Assembly: GCA_905182345.1 (NCBI GenBank)
Contig: CAJJBG010000004.1
Location: forward strand, 1,476 to 65,475
Direction of reading: 5' to 3'
Origin: Pelagibacteraceae bacterium AG-422-B15
Lineage (GTDB): Bacteria; Pseudomonadota; Alphaproteobacteria; Pelagibacterales; AG-422-B15
Length of the DNA: 64,000 nt
The notes under the pieces were generated by a model that had not been told where the DNA came from, did not search any database, and saw nothing but the letters and a program-made list of their open reading frames with translations. The stretch's first letter is position 1, and every line of letters starts with the position of its first letter. A program made the position numbers and the translations under genes. This document shows positions 39,505 through 49,985 of the stretch, in pieces.

Positions 39505-40136
39505 CTCGTCAAATCACGAATTGTATCAAATAAAGATGTTTGTCTACTTCTTTTTTTTCTCTCCGCACTGATAATATCTATTATTTCACTTATACATTTA
39601 TCAAAGTTATCATTCGTAACTACATAGTCATATTCTTTCCAATGACTTAATTCATCTTCAAATTTTGACATTCTTTCCTTTATAATATCAGTATTCTCAG
39701 AATTTTTACTTTCTCTTTCTCTCAATCTTTTTTCAATCTCTTGTTTATTTGGAGGAAGTATAAAAATTGTTAAAATATTATCATTATTTTGTGAGAGTTG
39801 TTGTGTTCCTTGCCAATCAATATCGAACAAAACATCAAACTTTTTATTTAACAATAGGTTTGTGGAGCTTATTAAAGTTCCATATTTATTATTAAATACT
39901 GTTGCATATTCTAAAAATTCATTACTCTCAATTTTTAGATTAAAGTCATTTTTTGTGACAAATATATAGTCTTCACCATTTATTTCATTTTTCCTTGGTT
40001 CTCTAGTGGTGACAGAGATTGATGGTTTTATAGTTTTATCTATCTCTAGTAGTTTTTTGCATAGCGAAGTTTTACCAGCCCCAGATGGTGAGGAAATAAT
40101 AATTAACATGCCTTTATTTTTTAGATTTTCGCTCAA
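39501..40136 (-). CDS. gmk: Guanylate kinase
   Basis: 211 aa. P-loop SSPSGAGKTSL and TTREPR motif. Confidence 0.93.
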   Translation of the reverse strand: MSENLKNKGMLIIISSPSGAGKTSLCKKLLEIDKTIKPSISVTTREPRKNEINGEDYIFVTKNDFNLKIESNEFLEYATVFNNKYGTLISSTNLLLNKKFDVLFDIDWQGTQQLSQNNDNILTIFILPPNKQEIEKRLRERESKNSENTDIIKERMSKFEDELSHWKEYDYVVTNDNFDKCISEIIDIISAERKKRSRQTSLFDTIRDLTS

Positions 40137-41389
40137 TTTATATTTGTAAATATTAATGAAACATTAGTTCCGCCAAATCCAAAAGAGTTTGAAAGGACGT
40201 TTGTAATTTTTTTAGACTCGGCTTTATCTTTAATTAACTTTAATTTATGATGTTCTATTGGATTATCAATATTAATGGCTGCAGGCATAGTTTGGCTTTT
40301 AATGGTTAATATCGAATAGATAGCCTCTATTGCCCCTGCAGCACCTAATAAATGACCAGTTTGTGATTTTGTTGATGACAGACATATATCCTGGTTATTG
40401 TCAGTAAAAACATCTTGAATAGCCTTTATTTCAACTTGATCACCTGCCTGAGTAGAAGTTCCATGGGCATTGATGTAGTCTATTAATGCTGGTTTCATTT
40501 TTGCATCTTCAAGAGCGCCTAACATGGCTCTTTTGGCACCATCACCAGTTGGTTCAGGCAGTGTATAATGATAAGCATCGGCTGACATGCCATAACCAGT
40601 TATTTCACAATGTATATTGGCGCCACGATTAATAGCATGCTCGTATTCCTCTAAAATTAAAATACCAGCTCCTTCACCCATAACAAAACCATCTCGATCT
40701 TTATCAAATGGTCTTGAGGCTTTTGCAGGGTCATCATTGTAATTTGTACTCAATGCTCTACATGCTGTGAACCCTTCTATACCAATAGGTGTAATTGCAC
40801 CTTCTGCACCACCTGTGAGCATCATATCCATTTTACCTGATTGAATTAATCTCATAGATTCACCAATTGCGTGGGCACCTGAAGCACAGGCTGAGACAGT
40901 TGAATAATTGGGGCCTTTAAGATTATATTTTAATGACGCATATCCAGATGCCATATTTATCAATCTTCCTGTAATAAAAAATGGGCTTATTCTTTTTTTA
41001 TTTATATGAAAATCTAAGGCAGTTTTTTCTATACCTTGAAGACCGCCAATTCCTGAGCCGATAATACACCCTGATCTTAAGGAAAGTTTTTCTGAAATAG
41101 ATATATTTGAATCTTTAAATGCTTGTTCAGAGGCAGCCATCGAAAATTGAATAAAATCATCAATTTTTTTTATTTCTTTTTTTTCTATCCATTCCTCAGG
41201 GTCAAACTTACCATCAGACGAAAGACCTAATGGTACCTCACATGCAACTTTACATTTAAAATTTTCTGGATTGAACTTAGATATTATTTTTGCACCAGAA
41301 ACTCCAGCTAATAAATTTTTCCAATTATAATCGACACCACAACCTAGTGGTGTCACCAAGCCAAGCCCAGTGACAACTACTCTCTTCAT
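40133..41389 (-). CDS. fabF: 3-oxoacyl-ACP synthase II
   Basis: 418 aa. Active-site Cys (VSACASGAHAIG) and His residues (NAHGTST, TGHLLGAAG). Confidence 0.95.
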   Translation of the reverse strand: MKRVVVTGLGLVTPLGCGVDYNWKNLLAGVSGAKIISKFNPENFKCKVACEVPLGLSSDGKFDPEEWIEKKEIKKIDDFIQFSMAASEQAFKDSNISISEKLSLRSGCIIGSGIGGLQGIEKTALDFHINKKRISPFFITGRLINMASGYASLKYNLKGPNYSTVSACASGAHAIGESMRLIQSGKMDMMLTGGAEGAITPIGIEGFTACRALSTNYNDDPAKASRPFDKDRDGFVMGEGAGILILEEYEHAINRGANIHCEITGYGMSADAYHYTLPEPTGDGAKRAMLGALEDAKMKPALIDYINAHGTSTQAGDQVEIKAIQDVFTDNNQDICLSSTKSQTGHLLGAAGAIEAIYSILTIKSQTMPAAINIDNPIEHHKLKLIKDKAESKKITNVLSNSFGFGGTNVSLIFTNIN

Positions 41390-41408
41390 AATAGATATGT
41401 ATTAATCT

Positions 41409-41639
41409 TTAGCTCTCTAGATGACTGATTGCATCGCCTACAGTTAATATCTTTTCAGCTTTTTCATCAGGTATTTCAACGTCAAAAGCTTCTTCAAAAG
41501 CCATGACTAACTCTACTGTATCAAGGCTATCTGCACCTAAATCATCAATAAATTTTGCGTCATTTGTAATTTTTTCAAGATCATCAATTCCAAGATGTTC
41601 TGCTATAATAGATTTTACTTTTTCAGCTACTTCACTCAT
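41409..41639 (-). CDS. acpP: Acyl carrier protein
   Basis: 76 aa. Phosphopantetheine site [12 protein letters not shown]. Confidence 0.97.
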   Translation of the reverse strand: MSEVAEKVKSIIAEHLGIDDLEKITNDAKFIDDLGADSLDTVELVMAFEEAFDVEIPDEKAEKILTVGDAISHLES

Positions 41640-41684
41640 AAATACTCCTAGTTATTATTAATAATGCCTTTATCCTTATATTGC

Positions 41685-42413
41685 TCACAATGTCAAGCCG
41701 CCATTAACGTGCAAAACCTGTCCTGTAATATACGCTGATTCGTCTGATGCAAGGAAGGCTACAATCTTGGCAATATCCACAGCGTCACCTATTCTTCCTA
41801 TTGGTATATTTTTTGCCATAGCCTCAAGTTTACTTTGTTCTATTGTCTCTAATATTTCAGTTTTAATAAAGCCAGGAGCCACAGCATTTACAGTAATCCC
41901 TCTAGAAGCAACTTCTAACGAAAGTGACCTAGTGAAGCCTTCAACTGCTGCTTTAGACGCAGCATAGTTTGTCTGGCCTGCATTACCCATCTTAGCTACT
42001 GCAGATGAAATATTTATTATTCTACCCCAACGGCTCTTGACCATCCCTTTAACAACCCCCTTAGATAAGCTATAATTTGCCTTTAAATTAATATCTATTA
42101 CATCGTCCCAGTCTTCTTCTTTCATTCTTAAAAATAAATTATCTTTAGTAATTCCAGCATTATTAATAAGAATATCTACATTTCCGTATAGTTTTTCTAT
42201 TTCTTTAAATAAATTACTAATTTCCTCTGATTCAGACAAATTACACTTAATCACCTTAGTATTTTCTATAAATTTTAACTCTAAAGACTTAAGCTTTAAT
42301 TCATTGGTTCCAGTGAGAATTAAATTAAAGTTTTTTTGATAAAACTCTTCAGCAATAGCAAGTCCAATTCCTCCTGTTGCACCGGTAATTAAAACTGTTC
42401 TATTTTCACTCAT
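41685..42413 (-). CDS. fabG: 3-oxoacyl-ACP reductase
   Basis: 242 aa. TGATGGIG and catalytic YAASKAAV. Located in the fab cluster. Confidence 0.95.
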   Translation of the reverse strand: MSENRTVLITGATGGIGLAIAEEFYQKNFNLILTGTNELKLKSLELKFIENTKVIKCNLSESEEISNLFKEIEKLYGNVDILINNAGITKDNLFLRMKEEDWDDVIDINLKANYSLSKGVVKGMVKSRWGRIINISSAVAKMGNAGQTNYAASKAAVEGFTRSLSLEVASRGITVNAVAPGFIKTEILETIEQSKLEAMAKNIPIGRIGDAVDIAKIVAFLASDESAYITGQVLHVNGGLTL

Positions 42414-43348
42414 AATAAGTCTCCTTTTAATTTTTCTAGATCATCCACTTTAGAAATAGAAATGGCATTTAATGACCTGTCTAGTCTTTTTACAAGATTT
42501 GTAAGTACGTTTCCTGGTCCTATTTCTATAAAATTTGTTACGTTATTTGCAACCATATATTCTAATGTTTCTCTCCATCTAACTCTACTAACAACCTGAC
42601 TAACAAGAAGTTTTTTTATTTCTTTTGAAGTACAGACAGATGCTGTTACATTTGATATCAAGGGTCTATCAAAGTTATTAAAATCATAGTTTTGAATTTC
42701 ATTTTCTAATTTTATTGCAGCACCTTTAATCAATTCACAGTGAAATGGTGCACTTACTGGAAGTTTTATTGCTCTTTTGATTTCATACGACTTGCTTTCA
42801 GAGCAAATATGATTAATTGCTGACATTTCACCACTAAGAACAACCTGCCCATCAGCATTATCATTCGCTATATAAATTTTACCATATTTATTTAGTTCAG
42901 GCATAATTTCATTTACCTTTTCAAGTGATGCTCCAATTAAAGCCACCATTCCTCCAGTGCCTAAAGGCATGCTTTCTTGCATAGCCTCTGACCTAGCTTT
43001 TAATAGTTTAGCTGCTGATTCTAAATTTAGAGAATTTATCGCTACCAGAGATGAATATTCGCCAAGCGCATGGCCCGCTACAAATTTGACATTATTCATA
43101 TTCAAAAAGTCTTCTTCTTGAATAGCTTTAAAAATAGCTATACTAGTAGCCATGATCGCTGGCTGAGAATTGGTAGTAATAGCAACTTCATCTTCTGTTC
43201 CATTGAAGATAATGTCTGATAATGGTCTATTTAAAGCCCTATCTAGCTCTTTATAGACTAATTTTGAAGATTTATAAGTATCATGGAAATCTCTCCCCAT
43301 CCCTATGGATTGAGAGCCTTGTCCTGGAAAAAGTAACGCAATTGTCAT
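42410..43348 (-). CDS. fabD: Malonyl-CoA:ACP transacylase
   Basis: 312 aa. FPGQGSQ and active-site GHALGEYS. Confidence 0.95.
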   Translation of the reverse strand: MTIALLFPGQGSQSIGMGRDFHDTYKSSKLVYKELDRALNRPLSDIIFNGTEDEVAITTNSQPAIMATSIAIFKAIQEEDFLNMNNVKFVAGHALGEYSSLVAINSLNLESAAKLLKARSEAMQESMPLGTGGMVALIGASLEKVNEIMPELNKYGKIYIANDNADGQVVLSGEMSAINHICSESKSYEIKRAIKLPVSAPFHCELIKGAAIKLENEIQNYDFNNFDRPLISNVTASVCTSKEIKKLLVSQVVSRVRWRETLEYMVANNVTNFIEIGPGNVLTNLVKRLDRSLNAISISKVDDLEKLKGDLL

Positions 43349-43442
43349 AAAAACATTTATAAAGTAGTTCTTGCTAATAGATTCATAATAGAATATTTAT
43401 TCTTTTTTTAACAATTATTTAATAGAAATAATTTAATAAATT

Positions 43443-43769
43443 ATGTCACTATACGAACATGTTCTTATTTATAAACAAGATCTAAGCACCTCTCAGCTAG
43501 ATTCAGAAATTAACAGCCATAAAGAGCTAATCAAAGATCTAGGTGGTGAAGTTGTTTATGAGGAAAGCTGGGGCCTAAGAAACCTAGCTTATATGATCAA
43601 TGACAACAAAAAAGCATTTTACCAATTCATGAATGTCAATATGCCTGGAGAAGGTATAGATAAAATCAACTCTAAGTTAAATCTTAATCAAAATGTCTTA
43701 AGATATTTGTCAGTAAAAGTTAAAGAGTTTGATAAGACCCCTACCCAATTAGCTAAGGATCCAGAATAA
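43443..43769 (+). CDS. rpsF: 30S ribosomal protein S6
   Basis: 108 aa. [15 protein letters not shown]... Conserved rpsF-rpsR-rplI order. Confidence 0.9.
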   Translation: MSLYEHVLIYKQDLSTSQLDSEINSHKELIKDLGGEVVYEESWGLRNLAYMINDNKKAFYQFMNVNMPGEGIDKINSKLNLNQNVLRYLSVKVKEFDKTPTQLAKDPE

Positions 43770-43770
43770 T

Positions 43771-43971
43771 ATGGAAAAACAAGATTTCCCCTCAAAAAAA
43801 GATCTTAAGTTTGACTACAAAAACTTATATCCTTTAAAGAAATATATTTCTGAAAAAGGAAAAATTACTCCTAGAAGAATAACTTACATACCTATTCAAA
43901 AACAAAGACAGCTTACTGAGGCGATTAAAAGAGCTAGATATTTAGCTTTACTCCCTTACGTTGGCAAATAA
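43771..43971 (+). CDS. rpsR: 30S ribosomal protein S18
   Basis: 66 aa. [13 protein letters not shown]...[20 protein letters not shown]. Confidence 0.88.
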   Translation: MEKQDFPSKKDLKFDYKNLYPLKKYISEKGKITPRRITYIPIQKQRQLTEAIKRARYLALLPYVGK

Positions 43972-43983
43972 GAGGCCTCTAAT

Positions 43984-44424
43984 ATGCAAATTATACTTCT
44001 TGAATCAATAGACAGAGTTGGAAAAGCTGGCGAAGTAGTAATAGTTAAAGATGGCTATGCTAATAATTTTCTATTCCCTAAAAAATTTGCAATAGCTGCT
44101 AATAAAAAAAATAAAGCTAACCTTGAAAGTAAGCTTGTTCATATATCTCAACAAAATGATAAAAAAATTACTGAAGCAAATTCATTAAAAACTTTACTTG
44201 ATAATTTAGAGTTAACTATGAGTGTTGAGGCAAATGATGAAGATGGACTATATGGTGCTATCACTCAAAAGCAAGTTTCTGATCTTTTAAAAGCTCAAGG
44301 ACACAGCATTCTTAATGAAAATATTGTCCTTGGAGAAATAAAGAGTATTGGTAGTTTTGATATTACCATAAAAATCTACGAAGATATAATGAGTGTTATA
44401 AAGCTATCTCTTAGCAAAAGATAA
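43984..44424 (+). CDS. rplI: 50S ribosomal protein L9
   Basis: 146 aa. MQIILLESIDRVGKAGEVVIVKDGYANNFLFPKKFA. Confidence 0.92.
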   Translation: MQIILLESIDRVGKAGEVVIVKDGYANNFLFPKKFAIAANKKNKANLESKLVHISQQNDKKITEANSLKTLLDNLELTMSVEANDEDGLYGAITQKQVSDLLKAQGHSILNENIVLGEIKSIGSFDITIKIYEDIMSVIKLSLSKR

Positions 44425-44568
44425 CATACCTACTTTATCTACAAATTATCTGTTAATTAACGACTTAATTTCATGCTGATTTAAAATGATCAACATTGGA
44501 CTTACAAATGTGAGTATCTTTTATTTATTATAACTTACAAAAAAAAGTTATTTGTTTAGTTTAATAGT

Positions 44569-46029
44569 ATGTCTTCCACTTTTCAAGTCTCATCAAATTT
44601 ACCAAAAGAAACTAAAGAGCTTCCACATAACATTGAAGCTGAACAGGGCTTATTAGGTGCAATTCTTTTAAACAACGATATTGTTGATGATGTTAGTTCA
44701 ATTATTGATGATGATCATTTTTATGAAGAGGTGCATAAAAGAATTTACTCAGTTATAACTAGATTAATAACTAAAGGACAACTAGCAACACCTGTTACAT
44801 TAAAAAGCTACTTTGAGGTTGAAAAATCTTTAGAGGAAATTGGCGGTTCTTCCTATTTAGCACGTTTAGCTAATGCCGCCGTCTCTCTTGAATACGCTAA
44901 AAATTACGCAGGTATAATTTATGATCTTGCTGTAAGAAGAAGCCTTCACCGTCTTGGTGGGAAAATTGAATACGATGCAATTCAAAGTGATATTGATATT
45001 CATCCTTCTGAACTAATAGAAAATGCAGAAAAGGAGCTTTATCAAATTGCAGAAAAGGGAACTCAGCTACATTCTATGCAAAGTTTTGACATCTCACTTG
45101 AGGAGGCGGTAGAACAAGCGACCAAAGCATTTAAAAGTGACTCAAGTGTTACTGGTATATCAACAGGATTTATTGATTTAGACCAAAAATTAGGAGGCCT
45201 ACACCCTTCAGATTTATTAATACTTGCTGGAAGACCATCGATGGGAAAAACTTCTCTAGCAACCAATATTGCGTTTAATATTGCAAAAAAAGCTTATGAA
45301 GATGGAAATAAGGATCAAAATGTTGCTTTCTTTTCTCTTGAAATGTCATCAGAACAACTTGCAACGCGCGTACTCTCTGAGCAGGCAAAAATAAGCTCTA
45401 ATGAGATAAGAAAAGGTAATTTATCTCAGAGTGATCTTGATGCATTGGTGGCAACTTCACAAAAAATAGTTGAGATACCTTTATTTATTGATGATACACC
45501 AGCAATCAATATTGCCACATTGGCTTCTAGAGCCAGAAGGTTAAAGAGAAAACATGGGTTAGGTGTTATAATTATAGATTATCTACAGTTGCTCCGACCT
45601 CCAAAAACTTCTCGAGGAGAATCTAGGGTGTTAGAGGTTTCTGAAATTACTCAAGGGCTTAAGGCTCTGGCTAAAGAATTAGATATTCCAATATTAGCTC
45701 TTTCTCAGTTATCAAGACAAGTTGAAAATCGTGAAGATAAAAAACCACAGTTATCAGACTTAAGAGAATCTGGATCGATTGAGCAAGATTCTGATGTAGT
45801 AATGTTTATATTTAGAGAAGAATATTATGTAGAAAGAACCGCTCCATCACCTGGAACATCAGAGTACATTGACTGGCAACAAAAAATGAGTGAAATACAT
45901 GGCCAAGCTGAGCTATTAATTGGTAAACAGAGGCATGGTCCTACAGGCAATATAAGATTGAGTTTTGAGAGCAAATTTACTAGGTTTGGTAATTATATAA
46001 GTAATGAACAATCTCAAGATTATGATTAA
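44569..46029 (+). CDS. dnaB: Replicative DNA helicase DnaB
   Basis: 486 aa. LPHNIEAEQGLLGAILL N-terminus, Walker A GRPSMGKTSLATNIA, Walker B IIIDYLQL. No intein-sized insertion. Confidence 0.95.
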   Translation: MSSTFQVSSNLPKETKELPHNIEAEQGLLGAILLNNDIVDDVSSIIDDDHFYEEVHKRIYSVITRLITKGQLATPVTLKSYFEVEKSLEEIGGSSYLARLANAAVSLEYAKNYAGIIYDLAVRRSLHRLGGKIEYDAIQSDIDIHPSELIENAEKELYQIAEKGTQLHSMQSFDISLEEAVEQATKAFKSDSSVTGISTGFIDLDQKLGGLHPSDLLILAGRPSMGKTSLATNIAFNIAKKAYEDGNKDQNVAFFSLEMSSEQLATRVLSEQAKISSNEIRKGNLSQSDLDALVATSQKIVEIPLFIDDTPAINIATLASRARRLKRKHGLGVIIIDYLQLLRPPKTSRGESRVLEVSEITQGLKALAKELDIPILALSQLSRQVENREDKKPQLSDLRESGSIEQDSDVVMFIFREEYYVERTAPSPGTSEYIDWQQKMSEIHGQAELLIGKQRHGPTGNIRLSFESKFTRFGNYISNEQSQDYD

Positions 46030-46051
46030 TTAATCCTAAGCTATCAAACTA

Positions 46052-47158
46052 ATGTTAAATCATTTTCCAAAAGATAATAATGCTATTTTAGAAATTGATC
46101 TTAAAGGTCTAACTAGTAATTATAATACTCTTAATAAAAAATTATCAGATGGCACTGAGTGTGCAATAACTATTAAAGCGAATGCTTATGGCATAGGTGA
46201 TAAGAGTGTACTTTCAAAGTTAATTAAATCTGGTTGTAAAACTTACTTTGTAGCTCATTTATCTGAGGCAGTTAGATTAAGAAGTTATTCTAAAAAAATA
46301 AAAATTTTTTCTTATCATGGAATAAATAAAGATAATTTAAAATATTTTAAAAATTACGATATAATACCTGTCATAAACAATTTAGAGCAACTACGGTTGG
46401 TTAATAAATTTAATTTAAAAAACAAAATTTATAAAGGTGTTGCAATACATTTTGATACAGGCATGTCACGACTTGGCTTGGATGAAGAAGAAACTGATTG
46501 GCTAATAAAAAATATTAAAAAATTTAACCATATAAAGTTAGAATTAATAATGAGCCACTTAGCATGTGCCGATAAGCCTAAGCATCCTATGAATTTAAGA
46601 CAGTTGAAAAAATTTACTGCAATAAGTAATAGTTTTAAAAATATAAAGGCTAGTTTAGCGAATTCTGCAGGTATATTTCTTGGCAAAAAATATCATTTTG
46701 ATATGGTTCGTCCAGGCATAGCTATTTATGGAGGCAACCCACTTTTAAGTAAAAAAGTTGACTTAAGAAATGTGGTCAGCTTAAAAGTTAAGATAATTCA
46801 AATAAGAACAATTAAAAAAAATGATACGGTAGGATATGGTGCTAGTTATAGGGCTAAAAAAGAAATGGTAATTGGTACAATACCAATTGGATATGCTGAT
46901 GGGTTTAATAGAAAGTATACAAACAACTTATCTGTACGTCTAAATAATAAGCCTATTAATATAATTGGAAGAATTTCAATGGATTTAATTACAATTGATT
47001 TAACTAAATTCTTAAATTTAGCTAAATCAAAAAAAGATACCTATGTTGATGTATTTAATAAAACTTATGATATTAATCAAGTATCTAATAATGTTGGTAC
47101 TATACCCTATGAAATACTGACTTCTTTAGGAAATCGTTATAAAATAAAATACCTATAA
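46052..47158 (+). CDS. alr: Alanine racemase
   Basis: 368 aa. PLP-lysine context ITIKANAYGIG and C-terminal VGTIPYEILTSL. Confidence 0.9.
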   Translation: MLNHFPKDNNAILEIDLKGLTSNYNTLNKKLSDGTECAITIKANAYGIGDKSVLSKLIKSGCKTYFVAHLSEAVRLRSYSKKIKIFSYHGINKDNLKYFKNYDIIPVINNLEQLRLVNKFNLKNKIYKGVAIHFDTGMSRLGLDEEETDWLIKNIKKFNHIKLELIMSHLACADKPKHPMNLRQLKKFTAISNSFKNIKASLANSAGIFLGKKYHFDMVRPGIAIYGGNPLLSKKVDLRNVVSLKVKIIQIRTIKKNDTVGYGASYRAKKEMVIGTIPIGYADGFNRKYTNNLSVRLNNKPINIIGRISMDLITIDLTKFLNLAKSKKDTYVDVFNKTYDINQVSNNVGTIPYEILTSLGNRYKIKYL

Positions 47159-47160
47159 GT

Positions 47161-49464
47161 ATGTATCCAATAATTGAAAATTTTCTAACTAAATATACAA
47201 ATATTTTATTCTTAGTTCTTGCTATAGTTTTTTCAGGAGCACTTTATAAAACTCAGGATTTTCAACTTGATGCGTCTTCAGACACCTTAATTTTAGAGAA
47301 TGATCAGGATTTAAAAAATTATAGGGAAGTGATTAAGGATTACTCATCAAAAGATTTTTTACTAATAACTCTAACTGATGAAAATAGTATCATATCAAAT
47401 CAAAACATTAATTTTATAAAAAGGCTAATAGATAGAATTTCTTCACTTGTTTGGATTGATAGTGTCCAATCAATCTTGGATGCCCCAATACTAAAAAACA
47501 ATAACCAGTCATTATCAGATTTGGCTTCAAATCAACTTACACTTACATCAGAAGGTATTGATTTAGATCAGGCACAAAAAGAGTTTATTGAAAGCCCTAT
47601 TTTTGGCGAACTGATTATTAGCAAGGATGGAAAAACAACTGGAATAATTGCTTACATAGATAGTATGCATGATATTGAAAGGGCTAAAAATATTAAGGAG
47701 ATAAGATCAATAATGTCTGAATTTTCTTCTGATAAAATAACAATGCATCTTGGTGGTGTTGCCATGATTGCAAATGATACTATTTCATATGTTAAGAATG
47801 ATATTGTAATATTTGGACTTGGAATAATAATATTTATAATCTTTGTTCTTTTTATGATATTTAGAAATATAAAGTGGATATTGCTTTGTCTGTCAAATTG
47901 TATATTTACACTAGTATTGATGATTGGAGTTGTTGCAGCTCTGAATTGGAAGGTAACTGTAATATCTTCTAACTTCATATCCTTAATGTTAATTTTAACC
48001 TTATCAATGACAATACATATTATTGTTAGGTATAGAAATCTATTAATAAGCAACAATACAGATACTAAGATTGCTACAATAATAAAAAATATGTCTGAGA
48101 TGATTAAGCCTTGTTTATTCACAACATTAACTACTATGTTTGCTTTTCTAACATTGTATTTTAGTGGGATTAAGCCAATTATGGATTTTGGACTCATGAT
48201 GTGCGTAGGTCTACTTATAACACTGCTTTCAAGCTTTATATTTTTACCAACCTTAATGATTAAGCTGGACCTAAAAATGCCACTAGAAAAAAATATATCT
48301 GTTAAAAACAACTCATTTTTTATAAAAATAATTAATCGATCTCCAAACATCTTATTAATAGTATTTTTCTTTATTTTTATTATAGGAATTTATGGAATTA
48401 CACATCTTAAAGTTGAGAATAGTTTTGTGAATTACTTCAAGTCTGACACAGAAATATATAAGGGTATGAAACTAATAGATGATAAGCTTGGTGGTACAAC
48501 TCCATTGGAAATAATCATACAATTTAATGAGATTCCAGATAATGACGATGACTTGCTTGATTTTGATTTTGAGTATGATCAGTCAGACTACTGGTTTACA
48601 AAAGAAAAAATGGATGTGATTAAAGAAGTTCATGATTATATAGATAGTTTCACTTTTACAGGAAAGGTGCTTTCTCTGGCATCGGTTATAAGAGTTGCTG
48701 AGGAGTTAAATGCAGATAAAGAATTTGATAACTTAGAACTTTCAGTAATTTATAAAAAATTGCCACAAAATTTAAAATCTCAGATTCTGGATCCTTACCT
48801 CTCTATTGATAAAAATCAAGCTAGAATAACTGTTCGATTAATTGATACAAACAAAGAGTTAAGAAGAAATGAATTTTTAAATGAAATAAATAGTACGTTT
48901 AAGGAAAAATATAACACATCAAACTATACTATAAGGACAACTGGAATACTTGTGCTTTACAACAACATGCTACAGAGCCTATTTAAATCACAAATATCTT
49001 CTCTAGGGATAGTAATGGTAGGCATACTTTTAATGTTAGTATTCTTATTTAGATCATGGAAGCTTGCTGTGATTGGCATCTTACCAAATTTAATTGCCTG
49101 TATGGCAATTTTAGGAATTATGGGTCTATTAGGAATTCCATTAGATTTAATGACTATAACAATTGCAGCTATAACTATTGGAATTGCTGTAGATAACTGT
49201 ATTCATTATATTTATCGATTTAAAGAAAATTACCAAGCTACTCAAGATTACGATAAAACAATTTTAATTTGTAATCAAACTGTTGGTTTAGCTATCAGAA
49301 ATACCTCATTAACAATTATTGTGGGTTTTTCAATCTTAGTCTTTTCAAACTTTTGGCCAACGATTTATTTTGGAATATTTACAGCACTGGCAATGTTGAT
49401 TGCCTTAATTGGAAGTCTTACTATATTGCCAATACTTATTAAAAAAACTAGAGTCTTTACATGA
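47161..49464 (+). CDS. RND-superfamily MMPL-type exporter, substrate unknown
   Basis: 767 aa. Two repeats, each a large soluble loop followed by about 5-6 TM helices (sterol-sensing-domain-like architecture). Confidence 0.75.
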   Translation: MYPIIENFLTKYTNILFLVLAIVFSGALYKTQDFQLDASSDTLILENDQDLKNYREVIKDYSSKDFLLITLTDENSIISNQNINFIKRLIDRISSLVWIDSVQSILDAPILKNNNQSLSDLASNQLTLTSEGIDLDQAQKEFIESPIFGELIISKDGKTTGIIAYIDSMHDIERAKNIKEIRSIMSEFSSDKITMHLGGVAMIANDTISYVKNDIVIFGLGIIIFIIFVLFMIFRNIKWILLCLSNCIFTLVLMIGVVAALNWKVTVISSNFISLMLILTLSMTIHIIVRYRNLLISNNTDTKIATIIKNMSEMIKPCLFTTLTTMFAFLTLYFSGIKPIMDFGLMMCVGLLITLLSSFIFLPTLMIKLDLKMPLEKNISVKNNSFFIKIINRSPNILLIVFFFIFIIGIYGITHLKVENSFVNYFKSDTEIYKGMKLIDDKLGGTTPLEIIIQFNEIPDNDDDLLDFDFEYDQSDYWFTKEKMDVIKEVHDYIDSFTFTGKVLSLASVIRVAEELNADKEFDNLELSVIYKKLPQNLKSQILDPYLSIDKNQARITVRLIDTNKELRRNEFLNEINSTFKEKYNTSNYTIRTTGILVLYNNMLQSLFKSQISSLGIVMVGILLMLVFLFRSWKLAVIGILPNLIACMAILGIMGLLGIPLDLMTITIAAITIGIAVDNCIHYIYRFKENYQATQDYDKTILICNQTVGLAIRNTSLTIIVGFSILVFSNFWPTIYFGIFTALAMLIALIGSLTILPILIKKTRVFT

Positions 49465-49985
49465 GCATTGAATTAAGCCAATTTCAAAATGTATTTGATA
49501 TTTTTTTTCTTAGTATAATTACACTTTCAACATTATTTTCACTAAAAAGTGGTTTAATTAAAAGTATATTTAATTTATTAAAATGGCTTGTAATAATATA
49601 CTCAATTAGAATTTCCTTTGTCTACCTTAGGGATCCATTTGATGATTTTCTAGGTTCATGGTCAGGGTTGACAGATATTTTAATATTTATATCTATATTT
49701 ACAACTTCATTTGTACTTATAACACTTTTAAATAGATTGATTATTGGCTTAATAAATTCACAACAGCCAGGGGCAGTAGACAGACTATTGGGTCTTATAT
49801 TTGGGATGATACGAGGCTACATAATTGCGACACTGGTCTTTGCAGTGCTTAATAATTGGAGTTTTTCTAAGGGTGCAATTGAAAGTTATCAAAATTCCTC
49901 TGTAATGCATTTATACATCAATGAAGGTAATAATTTTTTTAAAACAATCCCAAAAAAAATTGAAAAAAAATTAGAATCGATTTGA
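49461..49985 (+). CDS. cvpA: CvpA-family membrane protein
   Basis: 174 aa, about 4 TM. AVDRLLGLIFGMIRG matches the CvpA D-R-x-L-G-x2-F-G-x2-R-G pattern. Confidence 0.7.
   Translation: MSIELSQFQNVFDIFFLSIITLSTLFSLKSGLIKSIFNLLKWLVIIYSIRISFVYLRDPFDDFLGSWSGLTDILIFISIFTTSFVLITLLNRLIIGLINSQQPGAVDRLLGLIFGMIRGYIIATLVFAVLNNWSFSKGAIESYQNSSVMHLYINEGNNFFKTIPKKIEKKLESI

Noticed and set aside
44435-44443. DnaA-box-like TTATCTACA in the 144-bp spacer upstream of dnaB. An AT-only hairpin ATAACTT-N8-AAGTTAT lies near 44540 and could be the rplI terminator.
   Set aside because: A single one-mismatch 9-mer is expected by chance in AT-rich DNA and there is no cluster of boxes. The hairpin is weak, all A/T. I noted both but do not call them.
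47652-48350. 232-aa ORF antisense to the MMPL exporter gene. This is long for an antisense frame in an AT-rich genome, where stop codons are frequent.
   Set aside because: In this register an antisense stop needs a sense Tyr, His or Gln codon preceded by a codon ending in T or C. This TM-rich segment has very few such codons, so a long open antisense frame is expected. The predicted protein is low-complexity Ile/Asn/Ser-rich, has no recognisable motif and no visible RBS, and the sense gene is clearly real.
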